This document shows, in pieces, positions 34,601 through 47,980 of a stretch of 64,000 nt of DNA (its first letter is position 1; the number at the start of each line of letters is the position of its first letter). Below the pieces are notes generated by a model, which worked only from the letters and a program-made list of their open reading frames with translations, made no database searches and was not told where the DNA came from. The stretch is from Podarcis pityusensis (taxonomy: Eukaryota), in NCBI GenBank assembly GCA_964106645.2, contig OZ067043.1. One strand, written 5' to 3'. The position numbers and the translations under genes were made by a program.

Positions 34601-35696
34601 AGCCAATGGGCTAGGATGATGGGCATTGTGCTTTAGCAACATCTGGGAGCCAAAGTTTCACCACACCTGTTACAGGAGGTAGACAGTAGTGTTTTCATTT
34701 CATTTCAGAGGATCCCAAAAATACCATGCTGCTTTGTGGGATTTTATCATATGTACAACAAATACAGATACACAAGACTCCTTCTCCATGCTAGAATGTG
34801 AAATTTGGCTTCCTTGATGGTTTCAAGTATTCTAGCTACCTGATTTAAGCATTTCCCAGATAAACTGTGCTGCTTTTTGTATTTGTACTTCTGTTATTTC
34901 TGTTGTATTGTTTTGTTTGACATACCTGAATAAAAATCAAAGGAAAAAAATTCAGGATCAGGGCTTTTGAGAGCAAATTTTCCATTATGGTGTGGAAACA
35001 TTGGGTGGTATGGATTGCTTTGTTAATAAACCTGAAGAATAAACAGTAGCAGGAAAGGGGCTACATGCTCAGAGTGTTCAACTTAGCAGGCGTACAGTTG
35101 GTGGGCTGAATGTAATGAGCTAGTGAGATCCCTGGCTGGTTCCTAATTGCAATTCTTAAAAAAGAACACCTGTTTCAATCTTGCGGTCTCTTTTTATAAT
35201 TAACACTTTTTCTTTTTGGATGTGTCTTTGGTTTAGAGGAGACCTCTGGCTCTGTTTGCAAGCTAAGCAGGGCTGAACAAGAGACGTCCAAGAAATCTTC
35301 TTAATGATGGGGTAATGACTTGAATATAATGTCTGTTCCTCCCCTTCAAATTAGCCCCCCTGTGGTGCATGTGAGAACTGTCTCTCTCTGCATTGCTGTC
35401 TTTCTTACTGTCCCATAAAACCCAGGACTCCCTGCGCTTTCCAAAAGTGCTTCACGTCTTCTAGCAAAAGTGAATCTATTAAGCCTATTTTTTTCTGGCT
35501 AAAGTCCAAACTAAATAATTCGATTTTTCCTGAGTCTGTTTTACCCACAATTTAATATCCTGTCCTAAATTGCTTGGTGATGTCGCTGTTGGTTATTTAA
35601 CAGCTGTTGCATTCTGCCTCAGAGGTGGTTGCATTTCAGGGATTCCCTTCCCATCATGTTTTAAAATTGCTTTGGGATGAAAGGCTTTCTACAAAT

Positions 35697-35699
<3 letters not shown>

Positions 35700-35732
<33 letters not shown>
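35700..35732. repeat. (TG)n microsatellite
   Basis: About 16 uninterrupted TG units. Confidence 0.95.
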
Positions 35733-35737
<5 letters not shown>

Positions 35738-36929
35738 GGGAAAGGAAGGGTTACAGAATTGCTGCTGGCTATGGGAAAATCTTGCTTGTTAGTTATTGTG
35801 CTGGGCAGATAGTGTGCATCTCACTCACTTTTCCTTTCTTTCTTTTTTGCCATAGAGTCCAGCTCAGGCTGTGGAGAATTGTATTTGCAACGCATTTCTC
35901 TAAACAAGGATCTTAGTCTCCGGGAGCAAGGGACAAAAGGTCCCTTGTTCATTTAGTCCCATAGGATGTATAATTCCAACAGTCAGAAAGCAAATGTGAA
36001 TCACTCTTCTCTCTGAATAAAACTTTTCCTGCTTCTCTTTATTCTGCCTCAGAGTGCAGAGCTTGGCTCTGGTAGTGATACAGACCTGGCTTTGAGCTGC
36101 AGAAACCTTTCTTGTAAAATCAAAGGCATGTGTGCCAAAACAGAACGATGGTTAAGCCTGCTATTTGTGCTCTGCAGATCCTTGAGTGGAGGGTAGAGGA
36201 GGGGAGGATCCTGAAGAATTTGATTCTGATCAGGTCTGCTTTGGAGCGCTTGAACAGCCTGCCTTGTTTCTATGTCCTACAAATCACTCAATGTCTGTGG
36301 CCTGTCCTTGCCCTGCACATGAGTCTGCTATAGTGATGACACAGATGTAGAAAACTCTCTTAAAATCACACATTTGAATCCAGACTGCCTAGATTTTCTA
36401 ACCATTAGCACAGCCTCTGTGCTCCCATCAATATCTCCCTCTTATTGATGTTTACTGGCCTATTGCAAAATTTAGCTTGATGTGACTGACTGTCAGGCAG
36501 GTTTGAAGGTCCCATTGGGAGACCGCACTCAGGAAGAGCCACTTCGAATGTCGTCAGTCCCCTCCCAAGGTGATCCCTGGTGAGCTTACCTAGCAATGGG
36601 GGGTGGTAGCAACAGCAATCACTGCCAAGTGGATTGGAGCCACCATTTTAATTTCCCACAATGCTTCAGAGTGATGCTACATCAGGGGCATTGTTGGAAT
36701 TGGCAGATTCCAAACTATGCTTCCAAGGGAATCTAGGGTGTAGGTGTCAATGGTTGCCCCTGTGTGAAGTAACTAGGTTCCCGCAGGTTGTCAGAGAGTG
36801 CCACATGCTAACACGCAGCTGGCTGTTAAGAATTCAGCTTGCTGTTGAGATCAAAGGAAGCTCAGGCAGGAAGTTAACACCACTCAGCTCTTGCCAAAAG
36901 AAGGTAGTATAGAGATAGAGTAACTGCCA

Positions 36930-37258
36930 AATGAGGCCCTTACTTGGGTGCCTCTCCCATGAGAGGTCGAGAGGATGACAACATGGGAACGGGCCATTTC
37001 TGTGGTGGCTCCCCATTTGTGGATGCTTGCCCCAGGTCCTTTCATTGCATATCTTTAGGCACTAAGCAAAAATATTTCTTTTCAGCCAGGCATTTGCCAA
37101 ATTAACATTCTATGGCCTTTGTGGGAAGGGGCTATTGGTTTGTTTTTGCTTTAGCTTTATTATGCATTTGTTCTTTTATTTTGTATTTTTATGTAGTGAA
37201 CCGCCCTGTGATCTTCGGATGAAGGGCGGTATAATAATAATAATATAATAATATAATT
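36930..37258 (+). mobile_element. L2 LINE 3' end with (TAA)n tail
   Basis: ...TCT GTG GTG GCT CCC CAT TTG TGG (SVVAPHLW motif), T-rich UTR, gtgaaccgccctgtgatcttcggatgaagggcggtataataataataat. Confidence 0.8.
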
Positions 37259-37589
37259 AAAAACAATGGCTCTTTGTTATAGTCAAGCTATCCTTGGATT
37301 GCCTCAGATATTCTATCTCAGCTGTTTAGTCTTAAATGGGTACACTTTCCAGCTCAGGTTTCAATTTCAGGGCTTGTTATGCCTGTGTATCCTTTGAGAC
37401 AAGCATTACCAAGATCTTGTCCTACATTTCCAGATCTGAATCTGCCAAACTTTGGTGCCTTGTATAAAAACTTCAAAGTCCATCTTGCTTGCTGATCTGA
37501 GCAACTAGGAAGTTTCTTCAGTTGGCTACAGACTAACTTTGCTGGGTTTGACACTTGAGTTGCCATAACAGTTTTATTTATAAAGTGCC

Positions 37590-37830
37590 ATATTTGGCAA
37601 GCAGTGAAGACACTCCTATTTCACCAGGCACTTGGTTTGTTTTATTTATTCTCCTTCTGCTGTAGTTTATTTTATTTTGTTGCAGCTTCTGTTTCCTTTA
37701 GCTCTCTGTCATGAATTTTTTTTATTATCATCATCACTTTATTGTGCATTTTTTTAAAAAAATGTTATAAGCTCACTTGAGAGCCTTGGTGTTGAAAGGC
37801 AGGTTAGATATATGCTTTAAATAAATAAAA
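37590..37830 (+). mobile_element. L2-like LINE 3' end, diverged
   Basis: gtgaagacactcctatttcaccaggca, T-rich UTR, taagctcacttgagagcc...aaaggcaggttagatatatgctttaaataaataaaa. Confidence 0.55.
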
Positions 37831-39274
37831 GATTTTTTTCTGGTATCTTTCTTTGGTGGGTTGAAACACCTAGGCAGATACCACAACTATCCCACATACA
37901 ATACTGCAGCAGCTTGACTGCCCTTCCTCTTATGATTAGCTTATTGGATATGGTGCAGATTGAAAGCATTAGAGCATCTAGGAAAGAACCAAGACTGGAA
38001 AGGCATTATGATAGTACTTGATAGTGGTGATGATGCTGTTGCAGAGTGAATCAACTCAAGCACATGTTAACGCTTTATTTAAGGACAGCTGTAGCTGATT
38101 TTTACTCCCACTGGGGAGTAAACCTCATAACATAAATATTCCTTTCCAAATAACTGATTAGGATTGCATCATTAACTCAGGGTCTATATCTGGGAGGCCA
38201 GGGGCTTCCTACGTTTCAATAGCTGAGCAGCTTGCCTTCTCCCATCCAGAGGTCATTCTAAACCAGGCATGGGAAACTTCCACCCTGTGACGCCATAGTT
38301 CCAAAATAACACACACCTGCCAATTATCTGACCAATGGTGATGGGCTGGGTGGCTGGGTTCATTTCTTTGTTGCAACTGGCATATGCAGACAAACTAGCA
38401 GGATTTAACTCCCCGCTTATCAGCAGATGAGTGTGGGGCTATATCTTGCATCATTTGTCTGTGTGTCCCACTTTCCCTGTTTGATTTATCTCCTGTTGGG
38501 AAGGTATAAACCTGGTCTACTGGTCTACTTCCTCACGCCTTACCTAAACTGTAACTCTGGGTTTATGGAGAAAGCCAGTTTACATGCTATACATTGAAGG
38601 TAGGCAATGTAGTGCTGTCCAGATTTCGTTGGATCCGCAACTACCATCAACTTCAACTAGTATGACTAAAGGCCAGGGATTATGGGAGTTATAATCCAAC
38701 AACATCTCGAGGGCATCACCCCTGCTGCAGATAACAGAAACCACATATTTTGGTTTCTGTGTCCAACAATGTCCAACAATGCCCAGTGGAAACCCAGCTG
38801 TGTGACATAGCAGCCATGCCATGCCATTAAGTAGAAGGTCCCTGAACTCACCTGGGAGGGGCAACAAGATCCTTGCATCTCTCAGGTGGATTGCCTTGCT
38901 TCTCCACTCCCCCAGAGGACTGGGTCTGAGGTGGTACTGGAAGTAGCCAATACTGCTCCTTCCATGCAGTCTCAGGGATCTTACATGAGTGTAGCAGCAC
39001 AAGAAGAAATGGCACTGTAGCAATTCTTGCAGAAAGGTTATTAAGAATGAGCCTTCACATTGGGTAATGGTGTCTCTGGCGCAACAGGAAAACAATACAG
39101 ATTACAAGTAAACAGGCTGTGGATGTTAAGTCAGAACTGTCAGGGGATATCTAGGGCTGGACTTTGAGAACATGCAGGCAGTTTAGTATGACCACTCTGA
39201 TTCCCTTCTTCCTACCCCAGATCTGGTGTGTTGCTATTTCATGAAACATACATGGGTTTGCCTTCCCATTTAAA

Positions 39275-39600
39275 AGTGTGATGGCTGTGTTCTACTTCCG
39301 TTGTCAGAGGCAGCAATGCTTCTGGATATCAGTTGCTTGAAACCACAGGAGGGTAGAGTGCTGTTTTACATAGCTCCTGCATGTAGGCTTCCCATGCCCA
39401 CTGTGAGAACAGGAAGTTAATTAGATCAATGTTTCCCAGTTTACATCTGTTGCTGGACTACAACCCCCATCATCCCTAGCAGTTATGACCAGTGGTCAGG
39501 GATGATGTGAACTGTAGTCCAAAACCAGCTGGAGAGCCAAGTCTGAGAAATACTGGGCTAGATGGACCACTGGCCTGATCCAGCAGACCCTTCTTATGTG
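39275..39600 (+). mobile_element. Probable CR1-type 3'-end fragment interrupted by a palindromic hAT MITE (39427-39555)
   Basis: Host gtcagaggcagcaatgcttctggatatcagttgc...cactgtgagaacagga | ctagatggaccactggcctgatccagcagacccttcttatgt. Insert TIRs CAATGTTTCCCA / TGAGAAATACTG with decayed TSD AATTAGAT / GGCTAGAT. Confidence 0.7.
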
Positions 39601-40736
39601 TGGCACACCAGCATCATGGCAATACTGGTGCTAGTACATGAATATGATTCTTAGAGCTCTCTTGCATTCTTGCTCCCCTGGTTTGAAAACATTAGCTCTC
39701 CTCCACATCACTTGTCCGTGTCTGGGTTTGCCCTTGGGGACAAAACACAGAAGGCAACGTACGTGCCAACCACTGAGTAATTTGTAGAGAAAATTGTTTT
39801 GGGTGTAGCATCCCCCCTTGGACCTGCATTGCTCTGGCTTGGTGAATCTGACACAAAGCTGTCATTGTCTGTACAGTTATGTTTCATTCCCACATGCCAT
39901 GCAATCAGGGTTGCAGTAAAAAAGAGACTCCACTCTGCCTGGGAATAAAACTCTGCTAAAGATCAGCTATAAACCCCGCCTGTGTGGCAAGAAATAGCCA
40001 GTGAAAAGGAATTCATTAACCTCAGGCAGTTAAAGGAGCCTGAAGTACAGTACAGTACACCAAGCAGAAGGCAACAGAAAGCTAGAGTCAGCATTGTTAA
40101 CAGAGCTGGCTCAGTAGAGAGACAAAAAACCCCAACAAGCCTTGATTGGTGCAAATGAAAGCATTCATTTTGGTTCATAATGATTCCTTGTGTCACGTTA
40201 TTCATTATTACTTGTGTGTATTTGGGCAGCTGCCTGAAGGAAACATTTGCAGATTCCAACAACTCGGGAAGTTCTGGCACCAGCAATTAGTTCCTTGCAG
40301 GGAAATTCAGACTGGAAAGCTTCTAGTGAGCTGCGTGTGTGTATTTCTTGTTGGATTCATTTTATCATTTATTTGATCTGCTGGAGAACAGTAATTGTGG
40401 GGTGTGTCTGTGTCTAATGGTTGGTCCCCAGACTATTCAGTGAATCCTAATAGATATCAATTGCAGTTTGAATTAAAACCTCACAATTTGGGTATAACCC
40501 TAATAGCAAAACATCTGAACCAGCTTATATGGGGAATGTGCATGTCATACAAGTATATCATTAATGGAAGTAGATGAACTAAAGGCTGCATAGATCTTAT
40601 GGTCCTCAAACACTGTGTCCATTGATGTCTGTCCCAAAGTTATATGAATATGCTAAGCTAAGTAAAGCAGCAGTCATAATGAAGATGACTGAGGGGAGAA
40701 AGGAGGGGAGGAAATCAGCCCAAAGACAATTGAATT

Positions 40737-40889
40737 CAGAAGGTCCCAGGTTCAATAGCTGGTGTGTCTAGGGAGGGCTGGGAGAGACTCCTGTCTGAAA
40801 CCCTGCAGAGCTGCTGCCAGTCAATGTAGACAGTACCGAACTACATGGACCAATTGTCCAAGTTGGTATAAGCCAGCTTCCCGTGGTCC
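40737..40889 (+). mobile_element. tRNA-derived SINE (Squam3-like), 5'-truncated
   Basis: cagaaggtcccaggttcaat...ctgtctgaaaccctgcagagctgctgccagtcaatgtagacagtaccgaactacatggacca...tataagccagcttcc. Confidence 0.8.
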
Positions 40890-43800
40890 ATATTAATATT
40901 ATTGCATACACTTGCACTAGTTTGTGTTAGCTTATTTATCCCCATGCTGCAGCAGTCCTTAGGCGATAAATCCTGCCAACACAAAGACTTAGTAAATTGT
41001 CTTAGGATCAAGGGTGTGGTTTAAATCCCTTAAATGAATATTTATTTTATCATCAGCATATGTTGGCTTTCCCCCAGATGTCATCACAGAAGAGGCTTTG
41101 CAAATATCTCTACTATCTCTTGGCTTAATCTACTTCACAGTATCGTTGGAATAAATTTGTACTCTAACATGTAAAGCACCCTACAGGTGTTGCTGAACTT
41201 TAGCTCCTGTCATCCTGACCCTTTGTCATGTTCGCTAGGGCTGATGGGAGTTTGAGTCTAACGACTGGAAGACCACAGCCAGGTTAGCAATTCCTGCTGT
41301 GGAAGAAAGGGTATACATGTAATAAATGAATAAAATATCTCTTCCTGACTAGTTACATTGGCAGGGCCTTTAATAGCTCTCTAGGTGTCTTGGTAATGCA
41401 GGGTTGTGCAGTGCTAGACTCCCATTTTCCCAGGACCTCTAGTTCAGACCCCAGTATATCATAGTTACTGTATTGAAAAGCATTGGATAATTCACTCACC
41501 AAGGCCTTCTGAACGATATCCATTAAAGCCAATACAACAACTACTGCTGCTGCTGCCATTACTACACATTTATATAGGTATCCTTTTAGTGTTCACAGGG
41601 CTTCTCTCTCCCTCTCCCTCTCCTTCCCACTCTCACATACAATCTCAATCCTTACACTCCTGTGCCAGACTTCCATCTTCAGAATTTTTGGCTTTAAGAA
41701 GTTATTTTTTTAAAGGTTCAGTTTTATGTTTGTACGTAGAACTTAAGAGAGCATTTGACACTGTTGCCTGCAAGTAGTACCACACCCACCCAAGTGCAAG
41801 GGCAAATCAGCTGGATAAATAAATGTTTGCTTTTGGAGCCTGTGATTATATAAGCCAGGCAGAAGAGGGGCTAATCCTAGCTACCTAAGTTGGTCTTATT
41901 TGTTTAAGCTCCGGAGTATTCAAAAGTGCCACAAGGCAGTTGTTTTTACTATAACAGGATAAGGAGGCTACTCCTTTAAAATTTATAGAAAGTATTTGAC
42001 TAAAGCTATGGAAATGAAGGCCCTGGAGAGCCTTGCTGGCTCATTGTGAATTACTCACCCACTCACAGCTTGGCAGATGCTAATCAGAGAGTTCCCTTTG
42101 GCTACTTCCCCTTTCTCAGTGGGAACACTTCATTTCTATGCTTTTTTACTCAGTTGTGCTTTGGTTTAGGCTCACAGAGCGTATGTAAGAACAGGGCCAT
42201 CAGGAGACCTTGTCTAGTTCAACCCTGTAAGCTTTGTGGGTGGGGGGAGCTATCTTTCCTCTTCCAACTTAGAGACATCAAGTTCAAAATGGACTACTGT
42301 GTATGTTTTGCATTGATTTTAATTCCCGGTTGCCTGCTGTGGAGACACTCTTGAATCAGGCCGAATGTCTTAAATTGCTCTACTTGAGACTGATTTTGAT
42401 TATAAACAAGGCAAAAGTGATTTAAGATAGGCTTGGATTGGGTCTTGTCCATTTGATGGGCTTGATAAACTGAAAGATAGCTGGGTGAATGGGTTTGCAG
42501 CAGGTTTGCAATTAGTTGGGTATTCATATTCCACTTCACACCAGTCAATACTGCTACACGCCACCCCAGTCTCTGAGTGGTGCAAGATTTCAGGGGTTCC
42601 AGGCATGCTTACCCAGAGTCCGTGTTTCCTTTTGAAAAACAAGGCACGGCGGAGACTGTGGTGTCTTTATGGTATATGGTTTATATACAATTTGAGCCTA
42701 CGATGGAGGGTTTCACAGCATTACACCCAAATAGGGTCTTGCCTCCTCCATAAATGCAGCATGGGATTCAAGCAGATACCAGCCATTGCTCTGCCACCTG
42801 CTTTCTGCTTATCACAGAACATAACTCCTACTCCCAGTTTCTAACCCACTGCTTTATCCGCAAAGTGAAAGGGGCCTCAGCCCTTTGCCATCCTTTGATG
42901 CTTTGTTGTCCTAGTGGGTCATCACACCCAGGCTAACATGTCATGCAGGAGGTTTGGCCTGGCTTAATTAGCTTTTGACACATTGTGGGAAGCACTAGTT
43001 TGGGCTAATTAGCTTTTGGCATATGTTGATTACAGGATTTAGAAGCATCTAGTACACTGCTTAAATATTCACGGGGCTGGCCCAATGCACATGATCTAAT
43101 ACACAGGGTCTAGCTATGTTTTAAAACCTCCTAATTAAATCATAACCCACTGGACCCAGAAATTTAATGCTATCTAGCACTCATTTCATAGCAATACATT
43201 TGCCCACACAGTTCTAGTGGTTAAGTAGCTGAACTTTGGATCTGAGTTCTAGTCTTTCCTGTGGAAGTACAGTACTGTGCTATTAGGACATATATGTGTA
43301 CATGTAACCTCAAAACAGTAGTCAGCATGGTTCATGGTTTTGTTTACCCCCCTGTAATGCGAGACTTGCCCTGCCTTGCCTTCACACTGCAAGTGACAGA
43401 TATTTTTGTTTCCAATTCCAATGCTGATTTCGCTTTCAGCGCTGTAGATGTGGGATGGGAATTCAAACCACTTCCTCTGCAGAGGAAAATAAACCACATT
43501 TGAAATCTCACTGACAGGGAGCCCTGCTTGCAAAGGACAATCAGGAACTTGCTTTAAACTCCCAATTGTTCATTTGTAGCCACTTCTGATGTGACATATG
43601 ATATCAGGTGTGGAACATGTCTGGGTGGTTTGTGGAGAACAGCCTTGTGGGCCCAATTGGGATGTGCTGGGCCTAATTATGTCCTTGGGCTGCAGGTTCC
43701 CCACCATTGATTAGTTTATCTTGTGCAATTTGAATATGTATTTTTTCTTTTACCTTAAAAGCGAAACTGTGGAGAAACATTTTACGATGCTCCCAGAGGC

Positions 43801-44581
43801 CAAATAAAAAAGCTTTGGGAACCTGCTTTTCAACAACCCTGGATCAACAGTTTGATTTCCTAGCCCCTGATATTAGCTGCGTGTCTTTTAGAGTCCTTTA
43901 AAATATATACACATTGTGTGTATAAACCATTTGCACATGTTGGGATAGCAGTATGCCCTTTTCTTGTCTTAGAAGTGTCTTGGGCAATCCTGAAACTCAG
44001 TACAGACGGTGACCGTTTTAGGCCTGTCCAGTTGATGCATGATTGCCGATGCACAGATCCTTTTGGACCTGGAAGAGGGCGGAACAGAAGCAGAACTGGG
44101 GGTGCAATGAGGAGGAATGTGGGTGGGGCATGCTTATGCACGTTGTGGCAAAGCATGCAGGAGCCGAGCATGGAACATCCATGCAAAATAGTCGCCAACT
44201 GTACCCTATTTTGCCAATTCAGAGTAAATACGTGAACAATTTGATCTCCATATGGGCTCATTTAAAGGAAGTGCATAGAAAGAGAGAGCGTAAGAGGGTA
44301 CTTTATCATCAACTTGCTGATAATGTGGCTTGCCCTTTAGAGTAGGGAGTAAGATGACTGTTGTCATCTGTTGTACATCTGAATGGTGCTGAAATAGTTA
44401 CTTCAGGGACTGCGGATAACTGCAGTCCTTTCTTTTGGTCCTGTTGAATAAGCCAGATAACTGTGTAGAGCCCTATTTCTTATCACACTCCACAGTAACT
44501 TTCACAGGAACTCTATATGACAGCAAAGGGAGCTGTCTGGCTTTATCTCCCAATACATTGCTCAACCAGAAATCAGGTGAA

Positions 44582-44630
44582 ATTGCTATGGCAACTGGCA
44601 GATGACAGTGAGTCTTGTTACCTTGGAAAC
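44582..44630. promoter_or_regulatory. Candidate intronic enhancer: two RFX X-boxes flanking an E-box
   Basis: ATTGCTATGGCAAC (44582-44595), CAGATG (44599-44604), TGACAG (44603-44608), GTTACCTTGGAAAC (44617-44630). Confidence 0.45.
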
Positions 44631-45983
44631 AAGGCAAAAATCCAAGAAAAGACCCATCTGTAATTTTGAATTTCCATATGCCTGTTCAAACTAATTTTTT
44701 TTACAAGAGAGAGGAAAGGAAATGATACTTGTCTGCTGTTCTAGGATACAACCCCATCTGTGTGAACAAAGCATCTTAGAAACTTCTGAGAGATTTGGCT
44801 AATGGAACACAGTATTGTGCCACTGCTCCCCTCCTTCTATTTTTAACCTTTATTTTCCAACTGTAGGTGTTTTTAAAAATAATATTTAGGTAGAGAGATG
44901 TGTGAGTGTGTGTTCCCAAAGCACTCACTGATATATGCATTTATTTGAAAATAGTAGAAGATCATTTATTTTTTAAGAATCTGATAGATTCTTCCCTGGA
45001 GTCATTCCTTTTTTGGGTTCTGCCTAGCTTACCATGTTACCTGCATATTATCTGTTACTTTTGCAATTGTCTCCAAAGTGTGTGTGTGTGTGTGTGTGTA
45101 GCAATCATACCGAGTCTGTATCACTTCCCTCCACTTTAGATGGTTCAGTGATCTCTGGATCTATGGCTTGTTGGGAGAATGGGACAAATGTCCCATTTGT
45201 CTAACAAATGGTGTTGGGGTGGTTGTATAGGAGCTGGACATGCCTAAAGAGTTTCCCATTGCAGAGAAGACGGAATGGCAATATTGTCTGGTAGATGGAG
45301 AACCCATTTGGGATTCTGCATGTGTGTGTGAAAGCCTAATTAACTAGATTTATAGACTTTCTTTCCTGAGAAACTTTGAATCCCTTTTAAAAGCTTGGCT
45401 TCCTTAAGCCTGATTATGTTCAAGTTTTGGGTCTCTTAGCTCCCTTCAATTTATTAAGAGAGATTCACATGACTTAGCAGCAGAAGCTGGCCGCAAAATG
45501 CTGATTGGGCTGAAATGAAAGTTCTTTTCTCTACTGAAGCCACTGAAGCCACTGTTCTGTGCCCTCTGCCTTCCAGTCCCTCTAAATCATGAGTTAAAGC
45601 ATCTGTGTCAGCACAATGTTCTGAATAGGTATGAGCAGAGTTTTTGAAGTGGGAAACCCCTTGCTGGTTCCTATGGCTGAGCGGAGTTTTGTGTTTCGGA
45701 GTGGGAGTGATGATTTCATTCTTGCAGCTGCCATTTTTATGGCTCTTAAGGAGACCTTTTTAAGCAACTGAAGGCTCCACCATCCCAGCCAATATCGGTC
45801 CAGAGCCAAGCCTTGGATGAACAAAACACATGCAACTTAAAGGACCACAAAGTTCACCTTTTGTCTCTCTCAGTTTAGATTTGGGATTGAGATGAAATTC
45901 ATGATACCTTCAAAACAGGCTTGTAAATAGCCACTCAGCTGGCCACCTGTGAAAAGCAAGAACTGATCCCAGGTGACTGGGAA

Positions 45984-45986
<3 letters not shown>

Positions 45987-46028
<42 letters not shown>
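45987..46028. repeat. (CT)n microsatellite
   Basis: About 20 CT units. Confidence 0.95.
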
Positions 46029-46031
<3 letters not shown>

Positions 46032-47819
46032 CATGTGTATAAATTGGGAGTTTTCTCTCCTTCAAGACAATGGTATATGTGAGCAAACAGCCTGTTTAAA
46101 AATAGTTAACATTTGTAGACTTGTTTCCTAAATTGTTTTAGATCCCTGCAATCTTCAAACTGGAAAAGATTTGCCACCTCTGCATTAGAACAATCTCTAA
46201 TTAGGCAAGGTTAGGCAATGTTAGGCATACGCAGTACCTACAGTATGCCCCATAGCCTGCACTCTGCTATTATTATTATACCATGATGTGACTCATCCCA
46301 CGTGAAAAGTTGGAGGGGGCAACAGGTAACTCAGAAGCAGTGTAGTATACATAATTATTTCTTGTTAAGTCCATTACTGTCCAAACAATTTGGGATGGCA
46401 CAGAATTAAACAGATTATTATATTATATACTATATTTTATAAACAGATTACCAAATTTACAGTGTGCTAAAACTAACCAGTCAACCAACCAACAAAATTC
46501 CATCAAATTTGTTAGTGCTTCTAGATGCCCTTTTCAACTGTACCAAGTGGATGTAAATGTTTCGTTTTGATAGCATGTCTCACTTGCTTCCAGGTTAAAA
46601 TGTCTAGAGAAGGGAAACACATGCAGGATTAGGCACCAGGTGATAGGGGCATTCCTCCCAGCTGTTAAGTTGATGAGCATCTCATAACTGATAAAATCCT
46701 GTCTGCTACCAAAGTATTAAGGGATGAACTGGCATTTGCAAAAGGTTTACAACCAGCTGTAATACATAGAATTGAGAAAGAACCTTTAATGAGTATTTAT
46801 TTTATTTTTTGGTATGAATGACCCAGAATATTTTTTTAAATGCTCAGTGATTGTCAGGGAAACAAAAATAGCTCTTGGTTGATAACTTAGTTCCTTAAAT
46901 AGCTGTTGAGATTTGGGAGTGAAGGAGAATTAACTTAACAGTGAAGGCGATTTTAACAACTTGCTTATGCCTCCAGGACCAGCCGTGCATGAAAATGGCT
47001 CAGAGATAGATTCCGTGTTAGTGATTCCAAAACCATCTAATTCTATTTGTAAAGGCTTTCTAAATGGTAATCATGCTATGTGTGAAAGATGATAGTCCTC
47101 AGGGGTCAGGGGGATTTTTCCTCCTGCCCCTGAAAGCATGGTAGAGGACACAAGGAATTAATACTTTCATCATTGCCTAGGGTTGCCACTGCAGAATCAC
47201 CAGAAATGCTAAGATGAAATGGCCCAGTGGCCTGATGCCCTTTGGCAGATGTAAATTTAGCAACCTTACTATGCAGATCCGAATTAATGGGACGCTCAGT
47301 CTCTGATGTAAGTGTCTTAATCTTTGTATTATCTATTTCAGCATTTTGTGTCCTTCTCATGGGGCAGGAGCGCATAATGTGTTGGCTAGTGAGTTACACT
47401 CGGCTGCAGACACCAGGTAGATCCCATAGAGAGAGATTTCCATACAAAAAAACCTTCCAAATCTGATGGTTTATCTTTCTTCTGCCATTCTTCAAGAACA
47501 GTTAGAACAGGAAAAGAGTCAGGCGAAGTATGAGATGGTTCAAAACTAATGTAAGATCTAAATCCATTTGAAGTACAATGAGCCCTTCAAATTGTACTTC
47601 ACTAGTCAATGTACACCTTCTGGACAGAGATGGTTCTCACCCCAGCTCAAAGCAATGAACTTCACTTATTGCAGTGGATTTGTAAAGACTTGGGCAGCTG
47701 TATTATCTGCCCTCATTAATGCTCTCTGGGATGTCAGTTGTGCCCACTTGTCCCCAAGCCCAGTTATATTGTGACAACTTAAATGTCCCTGCCAGCTCCA
47801 AGAGGTCTCTGCCATACCT

Positions 47820-47980
47820 TTAGGTGGCCTTAGCCACTCTCTCTCAGACTCAGTCTCCCCTCCGTCTCATCTGCAACATAGGAGATACTGTCTTGTGAAA
47901 CAGGGTTGTAAAATTTACAGCTAGATAATGCATTGTGAAGTACTTTGAACATTTGAAACTGCAATATAAATATTAAGTCT
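47820..47980 (+). mobile_element. Old MIR/CORE-type SINE remnant
   Basis: tctctcagactcagtctcccc...catctgcaacataggagatac...cagggttgtaaaa...gtgaagtactttgaacatttgaaactgcaatataaat. Confidence 0.55.

Noticed and set aside
38580-39095. 171-aa minus-strand ORF (also 50235-50717, 160 aa)
   Set aside because: Both run through MITE sequence, lack homology and have random-like composition.
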